A stretch of DNA of 64,000 nt. It comes from Nitrospinales bacterium. Its GTDB lineage: Bacteria; Nitrospinota; Nitrospinia; Nitrospinales; VA-1. A program made the translations under genes and the position numbers. How positions within the stretch are numbered: the first letter of the stretch is position 1; each line of letters begins with the position of its first letter. Below the pieces are notes generated by a model. That model did not search any database. It had not been told where the DNA came from and saw only the letters and a program-made list of their open reading frames with translations. The stretch lies in contig CBDCWG010000012.1 in the NCBI GenBank assembly GCA_965223345.1, positions 1,408,001 through 1,472,000 on the forward strand, given 5' to 3'. This document shows, piece after piece, positions 1 to 9,270 of the stretch.

Positions 1-1
1 C

Positions 2-439
2 GTGAGCGACACCCGCAACAACCTCATGTGGAAAAAAGCCGATTCCTACGCCGAATTCGGTTACGGAATCACCTGGTACGAAGCCCACGACTACTGCGAG
101 GAGCTCAACGAAAAGCAGTTCGCCGGATACGACGACTGGCGGCTGGCGAGTTTCGACGACGCGAAAACCCTGTTCTCGTTCACCAAGAGCAACCGCGACA
201 AAGACGGGGCGGAGATTCACATCGACCCGGCGTTCGACTCCGGTCAGGGGCACAATACCTGGACCTTCGACGAAAAACCGGATTACCAGCAGTACGCCCT
301 CAAGTTCAGTTATGTGACGGGAACGGATGTCTGGGAGCACAAGGACAACGAGTATTCCCATGTCCGGGTCGTGCGCGACGACATGAAGGACGAGTGGGAA
401 CCGGAATGGAGAAAAGAAACCAAGAAATTCGATCGATGA
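2..439 (+). CDS. DUF1566 (Lcl C-terminal-like) domain protein, probably 5'-truncated by the window edge
   Basis: Motifs D..nLMWkk, itWyEA..YC..LN...FAGYDDWRL and a terminal VRVVR, as in the neighbouring paralogues. Confidence 0.85.
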   Translation: MSDTRNNLMWKKADSYAEFGYGITWYEAHDYCEELNEKQFAGYDDWRLASFDDAKTLFSFTKSNRDKDGAEIHIDPAFDSGQGHNTWTFDEKPDYQQYALKFSYVTGTDVWEHKDNEYSHVRVVRDDMKDEWEPEWRKETKKFDR

Positions 440-488
440 CCGACGCCGGTTGCGCCGGGGGCCTGTGTCGCATGCAAACGAGGAATCG

Positions 489-707
489 ATGAGCCACTAC
501 ATGATATTCGGAAAGAACGACTGCCCGCACACGAAAAAAGCGCGGGAGGATTTTCTCAAGCAGAGCAAATCCTTCATCTACATCAATGTGGACAACAACC
601 CGCAGGCGATGGAAAAGCTCTTGGAATATTCTGACGGCAAATACATCGTGCCGGTCATCGTCAACGTGGATGAGGGCAACGTGGAAATCGGCTACACCGG
701 AGATTGA
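489..707 (+). CDS. Glutaredoxin-like protein (CPHT motif), resembling the UXX-star (seleno)protein family
   Basis: IFGKNDCPHT...VPVIV...IGY thioredoxin-fold pattern; GAGGA RBS before ATG 489. Confidence 0.75.
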   Translation: MSHYMIFGKNDCPHTKKAREDFLKQSKSFIYINVDNNPQAMEKLLEYSDGKYIVPVIVNVDEGNVEIGYTGD

Positions 708-750
708 TTTTTCAGAGAACGGGTTGAGCTAAACTCAGCGAAGGGGCGAC

Positions 751-1233
751 ATGGCAGAGAAACTTCCGGAGACACAAGAGAAGTCCAAGGAGCCGAAACG
801 GTTCGAGGAAAAGGGACCGCATGTGGTGTTCGACACCAAAACCAATCTGTACTGGTTGAAGAAGGATTCCTGGCAGGACAAGGGGAAATTCTTCAACTGG
901 CACGAGTCGGTGGAATACGCCGACAAGAAAAACCTGCGCAGCATCGGCGGGTTCAACGACTGGCGTCTGCCGAGCTACGATGAAGCGGCCTCGCTGTTCG
1001 ACGCCAACAGCGAGAATCCCGCCAAAGGCGGAGTCAACATCCACATCGACACCGTGTTTCCGGAAGGCGGATTCAAAACCCTGTGGCTGACCGGCGACAC
1101 CTCGACGCGGCGGCCGCGGTTCGACTACGTTCAAGGCAAGGAAACCCACGCGGAAGAATACAGTTTCGGTGCGGTTAGGTTGTGCCGCAAAGACAAAATC
1201 CGTCCCGGCCAGACGCGCAACCGCGGCCGGTGA
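751..1233 (+). CDS. DUF1566 domain protein
   Basis: DTKTNLYWLK, NWHES..YA...N....GGFNDWRLPS..E, AVRLCR. Confidence 0.85.
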   Translation: MAEKLPETQEKSKEPKRFEEKGPHVVFDTKTNLYWLKKDSWQDKGKFFNWHESVEYADKKNLRSIGGFNDWRLPSYDEAASLFDANSENPAKGGVNIHIDTVFPEGGFKTLWLTGDTSTRRPRFDYVQGKETHAEEYSFGAVRLCRKDKIRPGQTRNRGR

Positions 1234-1252
1234 CGACAGAGATCGAAAACTC

Positions 1253-2131
1253 ATGAGTGAAACCGAGAGCAAAGCGGGACTGATCGACAACGGCGACGGC
1301 ACCGTCACCGATGAACGCAGCGGTCTGATGTGGATGAAAAACGACACTTGGATCGAGCTGGGCCGCCGCATCACCTGGCACGAGGGGCTGGAATATTCCA
1401 AAAAGATCAACAGCCAGAAGTTCGCGGGTCACGCCAACTGGCGCTTTCCCACCGCCACGGAAGCGAAAACCCTGTTCGACATGGAAATCACCAACACCGA
1501 TGTCGAGGGCGGGGAAGTCCACATCGATCCCCTGTTTCCTTCGGGCTGCGGTTTTTCCACCTGGACCAGCGAAACCCGCGGCGCCAAGGCCGCCAAGGGC
1601 TACGATTTCCGCTCCGACTACGAATTCTGGCTGGCGAAGGAGAACGACGGGTTTCCCAGCGGGCTGCGTCTGGTGCGCGATCTCGCCGAATCTTCCGAAA
1701 TGTCCGTGGAGGAGCGGTTCGTCAACAACGGCGACGGCACTATCACCGACCGGGAAGCGAACCTCATGTGGAAAGCCAACGACTCCTACCTGGACCTGGA
1801 CAAATGGGTGAGCTGGCAGGAAGCCAAGATGTATCTTGAGGAGCTCAACAAGTCGCGGTTTGCGGGCCACAGCGACTGGCGGATGCCCACCCGCAAGGAA
1901 GCGCAGATGCTTTACGATCCGGCTAACCCGATCACCGACAAGTACGGGGACACGGTGTTTCTGGTCAAGGGCTTTCCTCCGGGATCGGGCCAGACCTGCT
2001 GGACCAAAACCCTGCACAAGACCGACCCGTCTTTGGCCCGGCGTTTTTATTTTTACAACGGGGATCACCAGTGGCACAAGCAGGGGCTGCGCAGCCACGG
2101 CGTGCGGGCGGTGCGATCCCTCAAATCCTGA
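1253..2131 (+). CDS. Protein with two tandem DUF1566 domains
   Basis: Two copies of (D/N)NGDGT.TD...LMW...FAGH..WR.PT..EA...R.VR. Confidence 0.9.
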   Translation: MSETESKAGLIDNGDGTVTDERSGLMWMKNDTWIELGRRITWHEGLEYSKKINSQKFAGHANWRFPTATEAKTLFDMEITNTDVEGGEVHIDPLFPSGCGFSTWTSETRGAKAAKGYDFRSDYEFWLAKENDGFPSGLRLVRDLAESSEMSVEERFVNNGDGTITDREANLMWKANDSYLDLDKWVSWQEAKMYLEELNKSRFAGHSDWRMPTRKEAQMLYDPANPITDKYGDTVFLVKGFPPGSGQTCWTKTLHKTDPSLARRFYFYNGDHQWHKQGLRSHGVRAVRSLKS

Positions 2132-2160
2132 AACGATGCGGGTGAATTAAAGGATCCTCG

Positions 2161-2634
2161 ATGGCAACGGAAAGCGCGGAAACGGCGAAGCAGCAGAACG
2201 ACGCACGGTTTCAGGAAGGCGAGAACGGCACCGTCGTCGATCGGGTGAAGCGCCTGCTTTGGCTCAAAAAAGACACCTGGCAGATGACGGGCAAGTGGAT
2301 GAGCTGGGTGCAGATCCGGGATTACTCCGAAGAGTTGAACCGCAAAAAACACGCCGGTTTTTCCGGCTGGCGCATTCCGACGGCGTCCGAAGTGAAGAGC
2401 CTGCACGACAAATCGCAGCAGAACAAGGACCACATGGGGCAGATGGTGCCGCATGCCGATATCTTCGATGCGGGGTTCAGCTTTTTGTACTGGACCAGCG
2501 ATGTGAGGAACAAGGTTCAGGCCGTCCGTTTCGGGTTTCGCAAGGGCATGACGATGTACGACGACATCTACCGCACATCGCGCGGTTCGACGCGGCTGGT
2601 GCGCGATATCGAAAAAGAGGATGGATTGCTCTGA
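2161..2634 (+). CDS. DUF1566 domain protein
   Basis: ENGTVVDRVKRLLWLK, HAGFSGWRIPTASE, YWTSD, TRLVRD. Confidence 0.85.
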   Translation: MATESAETAKQQNDARFQEGENGTVVDRVKRLLWLKKDTWQMTGKWMSWVQIRDYSEELNRKKHAGFSGWRIPTASEVKSLHDKSQQNKDHMGQMVPHADIFDAGFSFLYWTSDVRNKVQAVRFGFRKGMTMYDDIYRTSRGSTRLVRDIEKEDGLL

Positions 2635-2695
2635 TCCTGCGTTTTGCAAAGAGGGTTGAAAGAACCGAACATTTGTATCACAGAGGGGTCTGAGA

Positions 2696-3181
2696 TTGGA
2701 GACGAAAAAACGATTTGTGGACAACGGTGACGGCACCGTCACCGATCATGAAACCCAGCTCATGTGGAAGCAGACGGATTCGTATCAGGACACGAGCAAA
2801 TGGCTCAACTGGTTCGACGCGTTGAAATACATCCGCGACCTGAACAACAAGAAGTTCGCAGGTCACGACAACTGGCGGCTGCCCACACTCGATGAAGCGG
2901 AAGGGCTTTACGACGAGGATTTCCCGCTGCGGGATATGGACCGTCTGGAAATCCACCTCGATGCCAGTTTTTCGCCGGGAGGCGGTTTCACCACCTGGAC
3001 CAGCAAGGAAAGCGCTCACAGCACCGCCGCGGTGTTTTATTATCGCTACGGTCACGCCAACCTGGCCAACAAAGAAGGCATCACCAAAGATGCGGTGCGG
3101 GCGGTGCGCAGTCTCAGCGGAGAACAAGGAAAGACCGTCAAGCATTTCGACCGCCTTTCTTCGGGAAGACACACGAGCTGA
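2696..3181 (+). CDS. DUF1566 domain protein
   Basis: RFVDNGDGTVTDHETQLMWKQ, FAGHDNWRLPTLDEA, VRAVR; TTG start after GAGGGG. Confidence 0.88.
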   Translation: METKKRFVDNGDGTVTDHETQLMWKQTDSYQDTSKWLNWFDALKYIRDLNNKKFAGHDNWRLPTLDEAEGLYDEDFPLRDMDRLEIHLDASFSPGGGFTTWTSKESAHSTAAVFYYRYGHANLANKEGITKDAVRAVRSLSGEQGKTVKHFDRLSSGRHTS

Positions 3182-3264
3182 CAAGGAAATCACCGTAACA
3201 CAGAAGGAGAGTCGTCATCGAATCGTATTGGGTCATCAACGAAGAAGAAAGCAAAGCGTCGGTC

Positions 3265-4053
3265 ATGACGTACCGGTTCGAGGAAGAGAACTTCGAGAAC
3301 ACCTATGTGCTTGAAGATTATTACTGCACGAACCCGTTTTGCGACTGCAACCACGTGACGGTGTCGTTCAGCGACAAAGACAACCCGGACAACCGGTTTC
3401 TGTTTCTGCTCAACTTCAACAAAACCCAGAGTCCCCTGCCCAATGCGCCGAAAATGAACAAGGTGCAGACGCAGATCGTCAAAGGGTTTGTGCAGAACCT
3501 TTCCGACGAACTTCTGGTGCTGTTCAAGCAGCGCTATCTTGAGGCCAAGGCCTACGGGGAGAAAAACCCCATGTCGTATCTGATGCTGGAGCCGGGGCGC
3601 TACGTGAATTTTTTCGAGATGTTTCCCCGAAACCAGGAAATGCTGGATTTCACCTACGGGGAAGACAAATATTTCGCCGAGGATTCCTACGACATCGATC
3701 CCCGAAACGACAACCGCGATGTCCGCCTTTCTTTTTACAAGCTGGAGCTCGACAGCAAACAGCAGACCTCGATTTTTGACTACACGTATTATTTCAACGA
3801 AAAGCAGCGGGAGAAAGAGGACAATCGCCTGGAGGCGGAGCACAACGATATGCTGATGGCGATGAACAGCTCCATCCCGGATTTGAACGACCGGCTGAAG
3901 GCCCGGTTCAAGCAGGCCAAACAGGTGGGAGAAGGGCTGCTCAAAGACCCGCCCAAACCGAATGTGCTGGAAGAAAAAGTGGGACCGAACGATCTGTGTC
4001 CCTGCGGGTCGGGGAAAAAATTTAAAAAATGCTGTGCGTTGATGTTGAATTGA
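3265..4053 (+). CDS. SEC-C motif-containing protein
   Basis: C-terminal [19 protein letters not shown]-terminal YCTNPFCDC. Confidence 0.85.
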   Translation: MTYRFEEENFENTYVLEDYYCTNPFCDCNHVTVSFSDKDNPDNRFLFLLNFNKTQSPLPNAPKMNKVQTQIVKGFVQNLSDELLVLFKQRYLEAKAYGEKNPMSYLMLEPGRYVNFFEMFPRNQEMLDFTYGEDKYFAEDSYDIDPRNDNRDVRLSFYKLELDSKQQTSIFDYTYYFNEKQREKEDNRLEAEHNDMLMAMNSSIPDLNDRLKARFKQAKQVGEGLLKDPPKPNVLEEKVGPNDLCPCGSGKKFKKCCALMLN

Positions 4054-4122
4054 CCCGCCGGTTTTTTGCACCGATCGCAACGGACCGCATCCGATTCTGC
4101 CAATTTTTTATAAAGAGATGCC

Positions 4123-4674
4123 ATGACTTCTGAAAACAAGCCCAAAGAAAAGCGGGTCAAAAAAGTTCAGGCCCGCCACATTCTCGTCAACAGCAAGGAA
4201 AAGGCCGAAGAGCTGAAAAAGCGCATCGACGAAGGCGAGGATTTTTCCTCGCTGGCGGAAGAGCACAGCGAATGCCCGTCGAAAAAGCGGGGCGGCGATC
4301 TGGGCTGGTTCGGCAAAGGCGCGATGGTGCGGCCTTTTGAGGTGGCGGCGTTCACCGCACAGGAAGGCGAGGTCGTGGGGCCCGTGAAGACGGAATTCGG
4401 CTGGCATTTGATCTACGTCTACGAAATCCAAACCGACATCAATCCCGACGCCGGTCCTCCGACGGGCGACGAGGACGCGGATGAGGACACCTTGCGGCTC
4501 GTCGCGGAAAACTACGCGCACGAGTTCATGATGCTGGGATACACCAGCAAAAAGGTGTTGAGCCTGTTCACCAGCCAGCATTTCAAATCGGCGAACACGG
4601 TGTACAACCTGCTGGGACCGGAGAAGATCAACGAGATCATCGCCAACGTCTTCGGCAAGAAAAAGGAAGGCTGA
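4123..4674 (+). CDS. Parvulin (PpiC-type) peptidyl-prolyl isomerase with an extra C-terminal helical domain
   Basis: ARHILV...F..LA.EHS.CPS..RGGDLGWFG.G.MV.PFE.AAF...GPVKTEFGWHLI. Confidence 0.9.
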   Translation: MTSENKPKEKRVKKVQARHILVNSKEKAEELKKRIDEGEDFSSLAEEHSECPSKKRGGDLGWFGKGAMVRPFEVAAFTAQEGEVVGPVKTEFGWHLIYVYEIQTDINPDAGPPTGDEDADEDTLRLVAENYAHEFMMLGYTSKKVLSLFTSQHFKSANTVYNLLGPEKINEIIANVFGKKKEG

Positions 4675-4692
4675 ACCCGGAGAGAAAAAACA

Positions 4693-4728
4693 AAAAGCCC
4701 GGCTCCGTGTGGAGCCGGGCTTTTTTTA
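4693..4728. terminator. Bidirectional rho-independent terminator
   Basis: AAAAGCCCGGCTCC-gtgt-GGAGCCGGGCTTTTTTT between convergent genes. Confidence 0.85.
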
Positions 4729-4734
4729 TGGGTC

Positions 4735-6339
4735 TTATTCTTCGGAAGCTCCGGGCGAGTTTTTCAGCGTCACGCTGTGCACGGAAATGATGTTCGGGGT
4801 TTCCCTGATTTCCCGCAGTGTTTCGCTGGTGGGAGCGGAATCGATGTTGATCACCGCCACCGCTTTGCCGCTTTGTTTCAGCCTGCCCAGATGGAATCCC
4901 GCCACGTTGATGTCGTTCTTGCCGAGGATGTTCCCCAGGTTGCCGATCACGCCCGGCACGTCCACATTGTTGAGCACCAGCATGTGTTTGGACATCACGG
5001 CTTCGAAATCGTACTCGTCGAACTGCACGATGCGGGGATTGCCTTTGCCGAAGATGCTGCCGGTGATGCTGTGGCCGCCGTTTTTGGTGCTGACGTGAAC
5101 TCTCAGGGTGTTGGTGTATTCCAGCACTTCGTTGCTTTTGGATTCCTGCACCTCGATCCCGCGTTCCTTGGCGATGAAGGGCGCGTTGACCATATTGACG
5201 CCGTCGATGCTGGGGCTCAAAAGCCCTTTCAAGGTGGAGATGGTGATCGGTTCGACGTTCAGGCCGGCGATCTCGCCGTTGTACTGAATGTGCACCTTCT
5301 CCACCGGCTTGTCGATGAGCTGCGAGGCGAGCAGGCCGAGGTCTTCGCCCAGCACCAGATAGGGCTTGATCTTGGCGAGCGTCTCCGCGTCGATCGAGGG
5401 CATGTTGATGGCGTTGCGCACATTGCCGAACTTCAGATAGTCGATGAGCTGGTCGCAGATGGCGATGGCGACTTTTTCCTGCGCCTCTCCGGTGGACGCA
5501 CCCAGATGCGGGGTGCAGATGATCTCTTTCACGTCCAGAAGCGGGCTTTCCGGATTGATCGGCTCCTTGGCGTACACGTCGAGAGCCGCCTGCGCGACCG
5601 TCTTCGCGTTGATCGCGTCGATCAGAGCCTGCTCGTCGATCAGCGTGCCGCGGGCGCAGTTGACGATGCGGATTCCGGGTTTCATCAGGGCGAACTCTTC
5701 CTTGCCCAGCAGGGCTTTGCCCGGGATTCCCGGCGTGTGCAGGGACAGGTAGTCGGAGCGTTTCAGCAGTTCCTTCAGATCGACGATTTCCGCGCCGATC
5801 TTTTCTGCGCGTTCCTTCTGGATGTACGGATCGTGAACCAGGATCTTCATGTGAAATCCCTTGGCGCGTTCGGCGACGATGGAGCCGATGCGGCCGAGAC
5901 CGATGATGCCCAGCACTTTTTCGTAGAGTTCGCTGCCCATGAACTTTTTCGGCGACCATTCTTTTTTACGCACCGAAACGTCGGCCTGCGGGATGTTGCG
6001 GGCCATCGCGAGCATCAGCGCCATGGCGTGTTCGCCGGTGGTGATGACGTTGCCTTCCGGAGCGTTCATCACGATGATGCCTTTTTTCCCGGCGGCGTCC
6101 AGGTCGATGTTGTCCACGCCGATGCCGGCGCGGCCCACCACTTTCAGGTTGTCTGCGGCTTCGATCACATCGGCTGTGACCTTGGTGGCGCTGCGCACCA
6201 GAAGCCCGTGGTAGGGGGGGATGGTCTGGATCAACTCCTCCTTGGACATGCCGGTTTTGACATCGACTTCGATGCCTTTCTCCTTTTTGAGGATTTCGAT
6301 CCCCGCAGGCGAGAGATTGTCGGAAACAAGTACTTTCAT
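4735..6339 (-). CDS. serA: D-3-phosphoglycerate dehydrogenase (long form with ASB and ACT domains)
   Basis: VVGRAGIGVDNID, GIIGLGRIG, VNCARG, TPHLGAST.EAQ, C-terminal ACT domain. Confidence 0.96.
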   Translation of the reverse strand: MKVLVSDNLSPAGIEILKKEKGIEVDVKTGMSKEELIQTIPPYHGLLVRSATKVTADVIEAADNLKVVGRAGIGVDNIDLDAAGKKGIIVMNAPEGNVITTGEHAMALMLAMARNIPQADVSVRKKEWSPKKFMGSELYEKVLGIIGLGRIGSIVAERAKGFHMKILVHDPYIQKERAEKIGAEIVDLKELLKRSDYLSLHTPGIPGKALLGKEEFALMKPGIRIVNCARGTLIDEQALIDAINAKTVAQAALDVYAKEPINPESPLLDVKEIICTPHLGASTGEAQEKVAIAICDQLIDYLKFGNVRNAINMPSIDAETLAKIKPYLVLGEDLGLLASQLIDKPVEKVHIQYNGEIAGLNVEPITISTLKGLLSPSIDGVNMVNAPFIAKERGIEVQESKSNEVLEYTNTLRVHVSTKNGGHSITGSIFGKGNPRIVQFDEYDFEAVMSKHMLVLNNVDVPGVIGNLGNILGKNDINVAGFHLGRLKQSGKAVAVINIDSAPTSETLREIRETPNIISVHSVTLKNSPGASEE

Positions 6340-6446
6340 CTAGTGACTCCCGTTATGGATGATTCCCTGACGGGCAGGGGTCGTATTCGAGAAATTGTCA
6401 AGAGCCCGGCCGTTCGCTTCCGGGCGTTTCGGGATGCCGCGCAAGT

Positions 6447-7595
6447 CTAGCGATACCCTTCCATCAGAATTTCCTGTGCCGCGCCGACGCCTTTTCCGAA
6501 CTCGATGTCGGCGCCGAATTTTTTCAACGCCATTTCCAGAGCCGAGATCGCGAGGATCACGTCGAAGGTATCGACATAGCCCAGATGCGCGATGCGCACG
6601 ATCTTGCCTTTCCACTGGTCCTGGCCGCCGGCCAGGGTCACGCCGAATTCGTCGCGGATGGTCTTCACCAGTTTGCCGCCGTCCACGCCGTCCGGAACGA
6701 ACACGCCGGTGGCGCTGTCCGCCGGGGAATCGGGAGCGATCCGCTTGAGCCCCATCGCTTCCACCGCCGCGCGCGTGGCGCGGGCCAGCCGGTTGTGGCG
6801 CTGGAACACGTTTTCCAGTCCTTCCTGCTTGATGTTGGCCAGCACTCGGCGCAGGCCGATGACCAGAGACACCGCCGGCGTGTAGGCGGAGGTTTTGTCG
6901 GCCAGGTTTTTCTTTTCCTTTTTGAAGTCGAAATAAAACCGGGGGCAGGTGGATTTTTCCGCAAACTTCCAGGCTTTCTCGCTCAGGGCCACAAGCGCCA
7001 GCCCCGGCGGCAGCTCCAGCGCTTTCTGCGATCCGGTGATCATGGCGTCGATGCCCCACGCATCCATGGGCAGATCGAAAACGCCCAGTCCGGTGATCGC
7101 ATCCACCACCAGAAGCAGGTCGTCGCGGTCGCGGGTGAGTTTCGACAGCGCCTCGATGGGCTGCGCGGCGGTGGTGGAGGTTTCGGAAGCCTGCACCAGG
7201 ATGCCGCGGATGTCTTTTTCTTTGTTCAGGATGGCTTCGATCTCTTCGACTTTCGCCGCCTGTCCCCATTCCACCGCGTGCCAGACCACTTTCAATCCGT
7301 AGGATTCGGAGATTTTGCCCCAGCGTTCGCCGAATTTGCCGCCGTTGATGACCAGGACCTTGTCTCCCGGGGAGAACAGATTGGTCACGCAGCCCTCCAT
7401 GCCACCGGTTCCGGTGGAGGCGAGGATCAGCACATCCTGCTTGGTTTGAAAGAGATATTTGGCGTCGGCGGCGGCCTCGGCGAAAATCGCACTGAACTGC
7501 GGCGTCCGGTGATGCACCATCGGCTGCGCCATTTCCAGCGATACGTGTTCCGGGACCGGGGTCGGTCCGGGGGCGAGAAGATATCTTTTTTTCAT
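6447..7595 (-). CDS. Class V PLP aminotransferase (alanine/serine-glyoxylate family; probably the phosphoserine aminotransferase function)
   Basis: LLAPGPTPVP, SGTGGME-like motif, VDAIT, GSQKAL (PLP lysine), IRIAHLG; immediately upstream of serA on the same strand. Confidence 0.9.
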   Translation of the reverse strand: MKKRYLLAPGPTPVPEHVSLEMAQPMVHHRTPQFSAIFAEAAADAKYLFQTKQDVLILASTGTGGMEGCVTNLFSPGDKVLVINGGKFGERWGKISESYGLKVVWHAVEWGQAAKVEEIEAILNKEKDIRGILVQASETSTTAAQPIEALSKLTRDRDDLLLVVDAITGLGVFDLPMDAWGIDAMITGSQKALELPPGLALVALSEKAWKFAEKSTCPRFYFDFKKEKKNLADKTSAYTPAVSLVIGLRRVLANIKQEGLENVFQRHNRLARATRAAVEAMGLKRIAPDSPADSATGVFVPDGVDGGKLVKTIRDEFGVTLAGGQDQWKGKIVRIAHLGYVDTFDVILAISALEMALKKFGADIEFGKGVGAAQEILMEGYR

Positions 7596-7756
7596 CCTGT
7601 CATCCTGTGCGTTGGTTGTTGGGAAGTTCCTTAAGACCAAAGGTGGAGCGGGAATGGGAATCGTCTCCGTTCTCCCGGCGGGTGTCTCCATGAGCCGGAA
7701 ACGACGGAAGTCCGGAAATGCATCCCCGATCTACCGAAACAATGCTTTTATAGGCA

Positions 7757-7961
7757 TCCGTGATTTCCCGCCGATCCGTTCAGCCATACAAAGTCCGAGC
7801 GGAGGGCCGGAGCGTCCAGCGCTCGGCTCAAACCCAAACCATTGAGCTTTTTGGAGATGGCTAACGAGACCCGGGGCCGTGCAAAGGGCTCATCGTGCTG
7901 CTGAAAGGCGACGGCTTTTCGAACCGCCTCTCTCGCCCTGTACCGGGAAATGCGTGACGGA
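7757..7961 (-). ncRNA. Putative structured leader RNA upstream of the aminotransferase-serA operon
   Basis: Closing stem (CCGT..ATTTCCCG / CGGGAAAT..ACGG) encloses several hairpins; TTGGAT-N18-TATAAG promoter-like sequence just upstream. Confidence 0.45.
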
Positions 7962-8232
7962 GACTTATCCTTATAATGGAATTGCGGGCCAAAATCCAAT
8001 ATTTTTGCGGTCCGGAGGGAAACTTTCAAGCCGGAGGCTGAAAGAAAGCGGCAATGAGGGGGGGTTCTCAGGTAACCTGCTGAAACTTAAGGTGAAGAGA
8101 TGGCGTCGCGCCGGGGCTGCACCACTCAAAATGAGCAGTCCTGTGCTTCGGTGAAACAGCTTAAATATTGTGCAAGGAATTAATCTGAAGCGGGTGGGGG
8201 CTAAACGGGAACTGCGAAGGAGGGGTGCGGCG

Positions 8233-9270
8233 TTACGGCTGTTTTTCTTCGTCGGGGTTTTCCGGATCTTCGTCGCTGTCTTCCAGCTCCAGTCCCAGGT
8301 CGTCGATCGCCAGGTCCGGCTCGGCCAGGTCCATGTCGGCAGGCAGGTCGCCGTCGAAGATGTCGTCCTCGGCTTCCCCGTCGAAACTCAGATCTTCCAG
8401 TTGCAGATCGGGGTCGATTTCCAGGTCGGTTTCATCCAGCTCCAGATCCGGCTGCAAGCCGATGTCGCCTGTGGCTTCTTCCTGCGGCTCGTCGATCGCA
8501 AGGTCCGTATCCAGCTCGATTTCGTCCACGGCGATGGAGGCGTCGTCCTCCATTTCGTCCTGTTCCTCCTGAACCGGAGCCTCATCTGCGATCTCGTCGT
8601 CGATATCCAGGGCGATTTCGTGTTCCGAGTCATCCAGATCTTCCGGCATCTCGATTTCGACATCCGTCTCGTCGGTTTCGACCTGAATGTCGCCGGTTTC
8701 CTGTTCCAGAGCGTCTTCCTCTTCCACCGGCTCGGCGATTTCCATCTCCGCTTCCGGCGTTTCCAGGACGGCCTCGGGCTCGGCCTGAACCGCTTCTTCG
8801 GGTTCGCTTTCGGTGGGGGCCGCATCGTCCATGGGGACGAATCCCAGGCCTTCCACTTCGATTTCATTCAAGGGGAAGTCGCCGCCGCCGGCCGGATCGA
8901 AGGAGCCCATTCCATAGGGATTTTCCATCATGGCGGGCGTGTCGAATGCAACGGCCTCGGAAAGATCCAGCTCGAACAGGTCCTCAGCGGAATCCATTTC
9001 CGTGGACGCAAAGTCTTCGGCGGGAGCCGCGGACTCGAACAGTCCCTGATCCATGCCGCCTGCGGATTCCTGGACGGCAAGATCGTGCTCGGTGGCTGCC
9101 TCAGCTGCTGAGGAACCGGCTTCCGCCCCGGCAACCGCGAATATGGTGAACATATTCTCCGTGTCGAGGTGCTGGTTCCTGCTGGATGCGTGCTGCTTGA
9201 AGTTGAAGCCGCAGTTGCCGCATTTGGGGACCGATTTGAATACTATGTAACCACATTTGAAGCATTGCAT
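8233..9270 (-). CDS. Hypothetical protein: N-terminal zinc ribbon plus a very acidic low-complexity region
   Basis: MQCFKCG...PKCGNCG followed by ~250 D/E-rich residues. Confidence 0.8.
   Translation of the reverse strand: MQCFKCGYIVFKSVPKCGNCGFNFKQHASSRNQHLDTENMFTIFAVAGAEAGSSAAEAATEHDLAVQESAGGMDQGLFESAAPAEDFASTEMDSAEDLFELDLSEAVAFDTPAMMENPYGMGSFDPAGGGDFPLNEIEVEGLGFVPMDDAAPTESEPEEAVQAEPEAVLETPEAEMEIAEPVEEEDALEQETGDIQVETDETDVEIEMPEDLDDSEHEIALDIDDEIADEAPVQEEQDEMEDDASIAVDEIELDTDLAIDEPQEEATGDIGLQPDLELDETDLEIDPDLQLEDLSFDGEAEDDIFDGDLPADMDLAEPDLAIDDLGLELEDSDEDPENPDEEKQP

Noticed and set aside
2..3181. Diversity-generating retroelement acting on the DUF1566 genes
   Set aside because: No reverse transcriptase and no near-identical TR/VR pair differing at adenines is visible in this window; the upstream sequence was not seen.
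4637..6450. Long alternative ORFs (4637-5959 -, 4777-6450 +) and similar ones over the antiporter, ABC, kinase and ttrA genes
   Set aside because: Shadow ORFs caused by high GC codon bias over well-supported genes; no motifs.
8095..8165. Minus-strand GCAC...CTCATTTTGAGTG-GTGCAGCC, loosely like a c-di-GMP-II riboswitch or part of 6S RNA
   Set aside because: The 5' GGAA/kink-turn elements and the GGGCAC motif are missing; the similarity is too weak without a covariance search.
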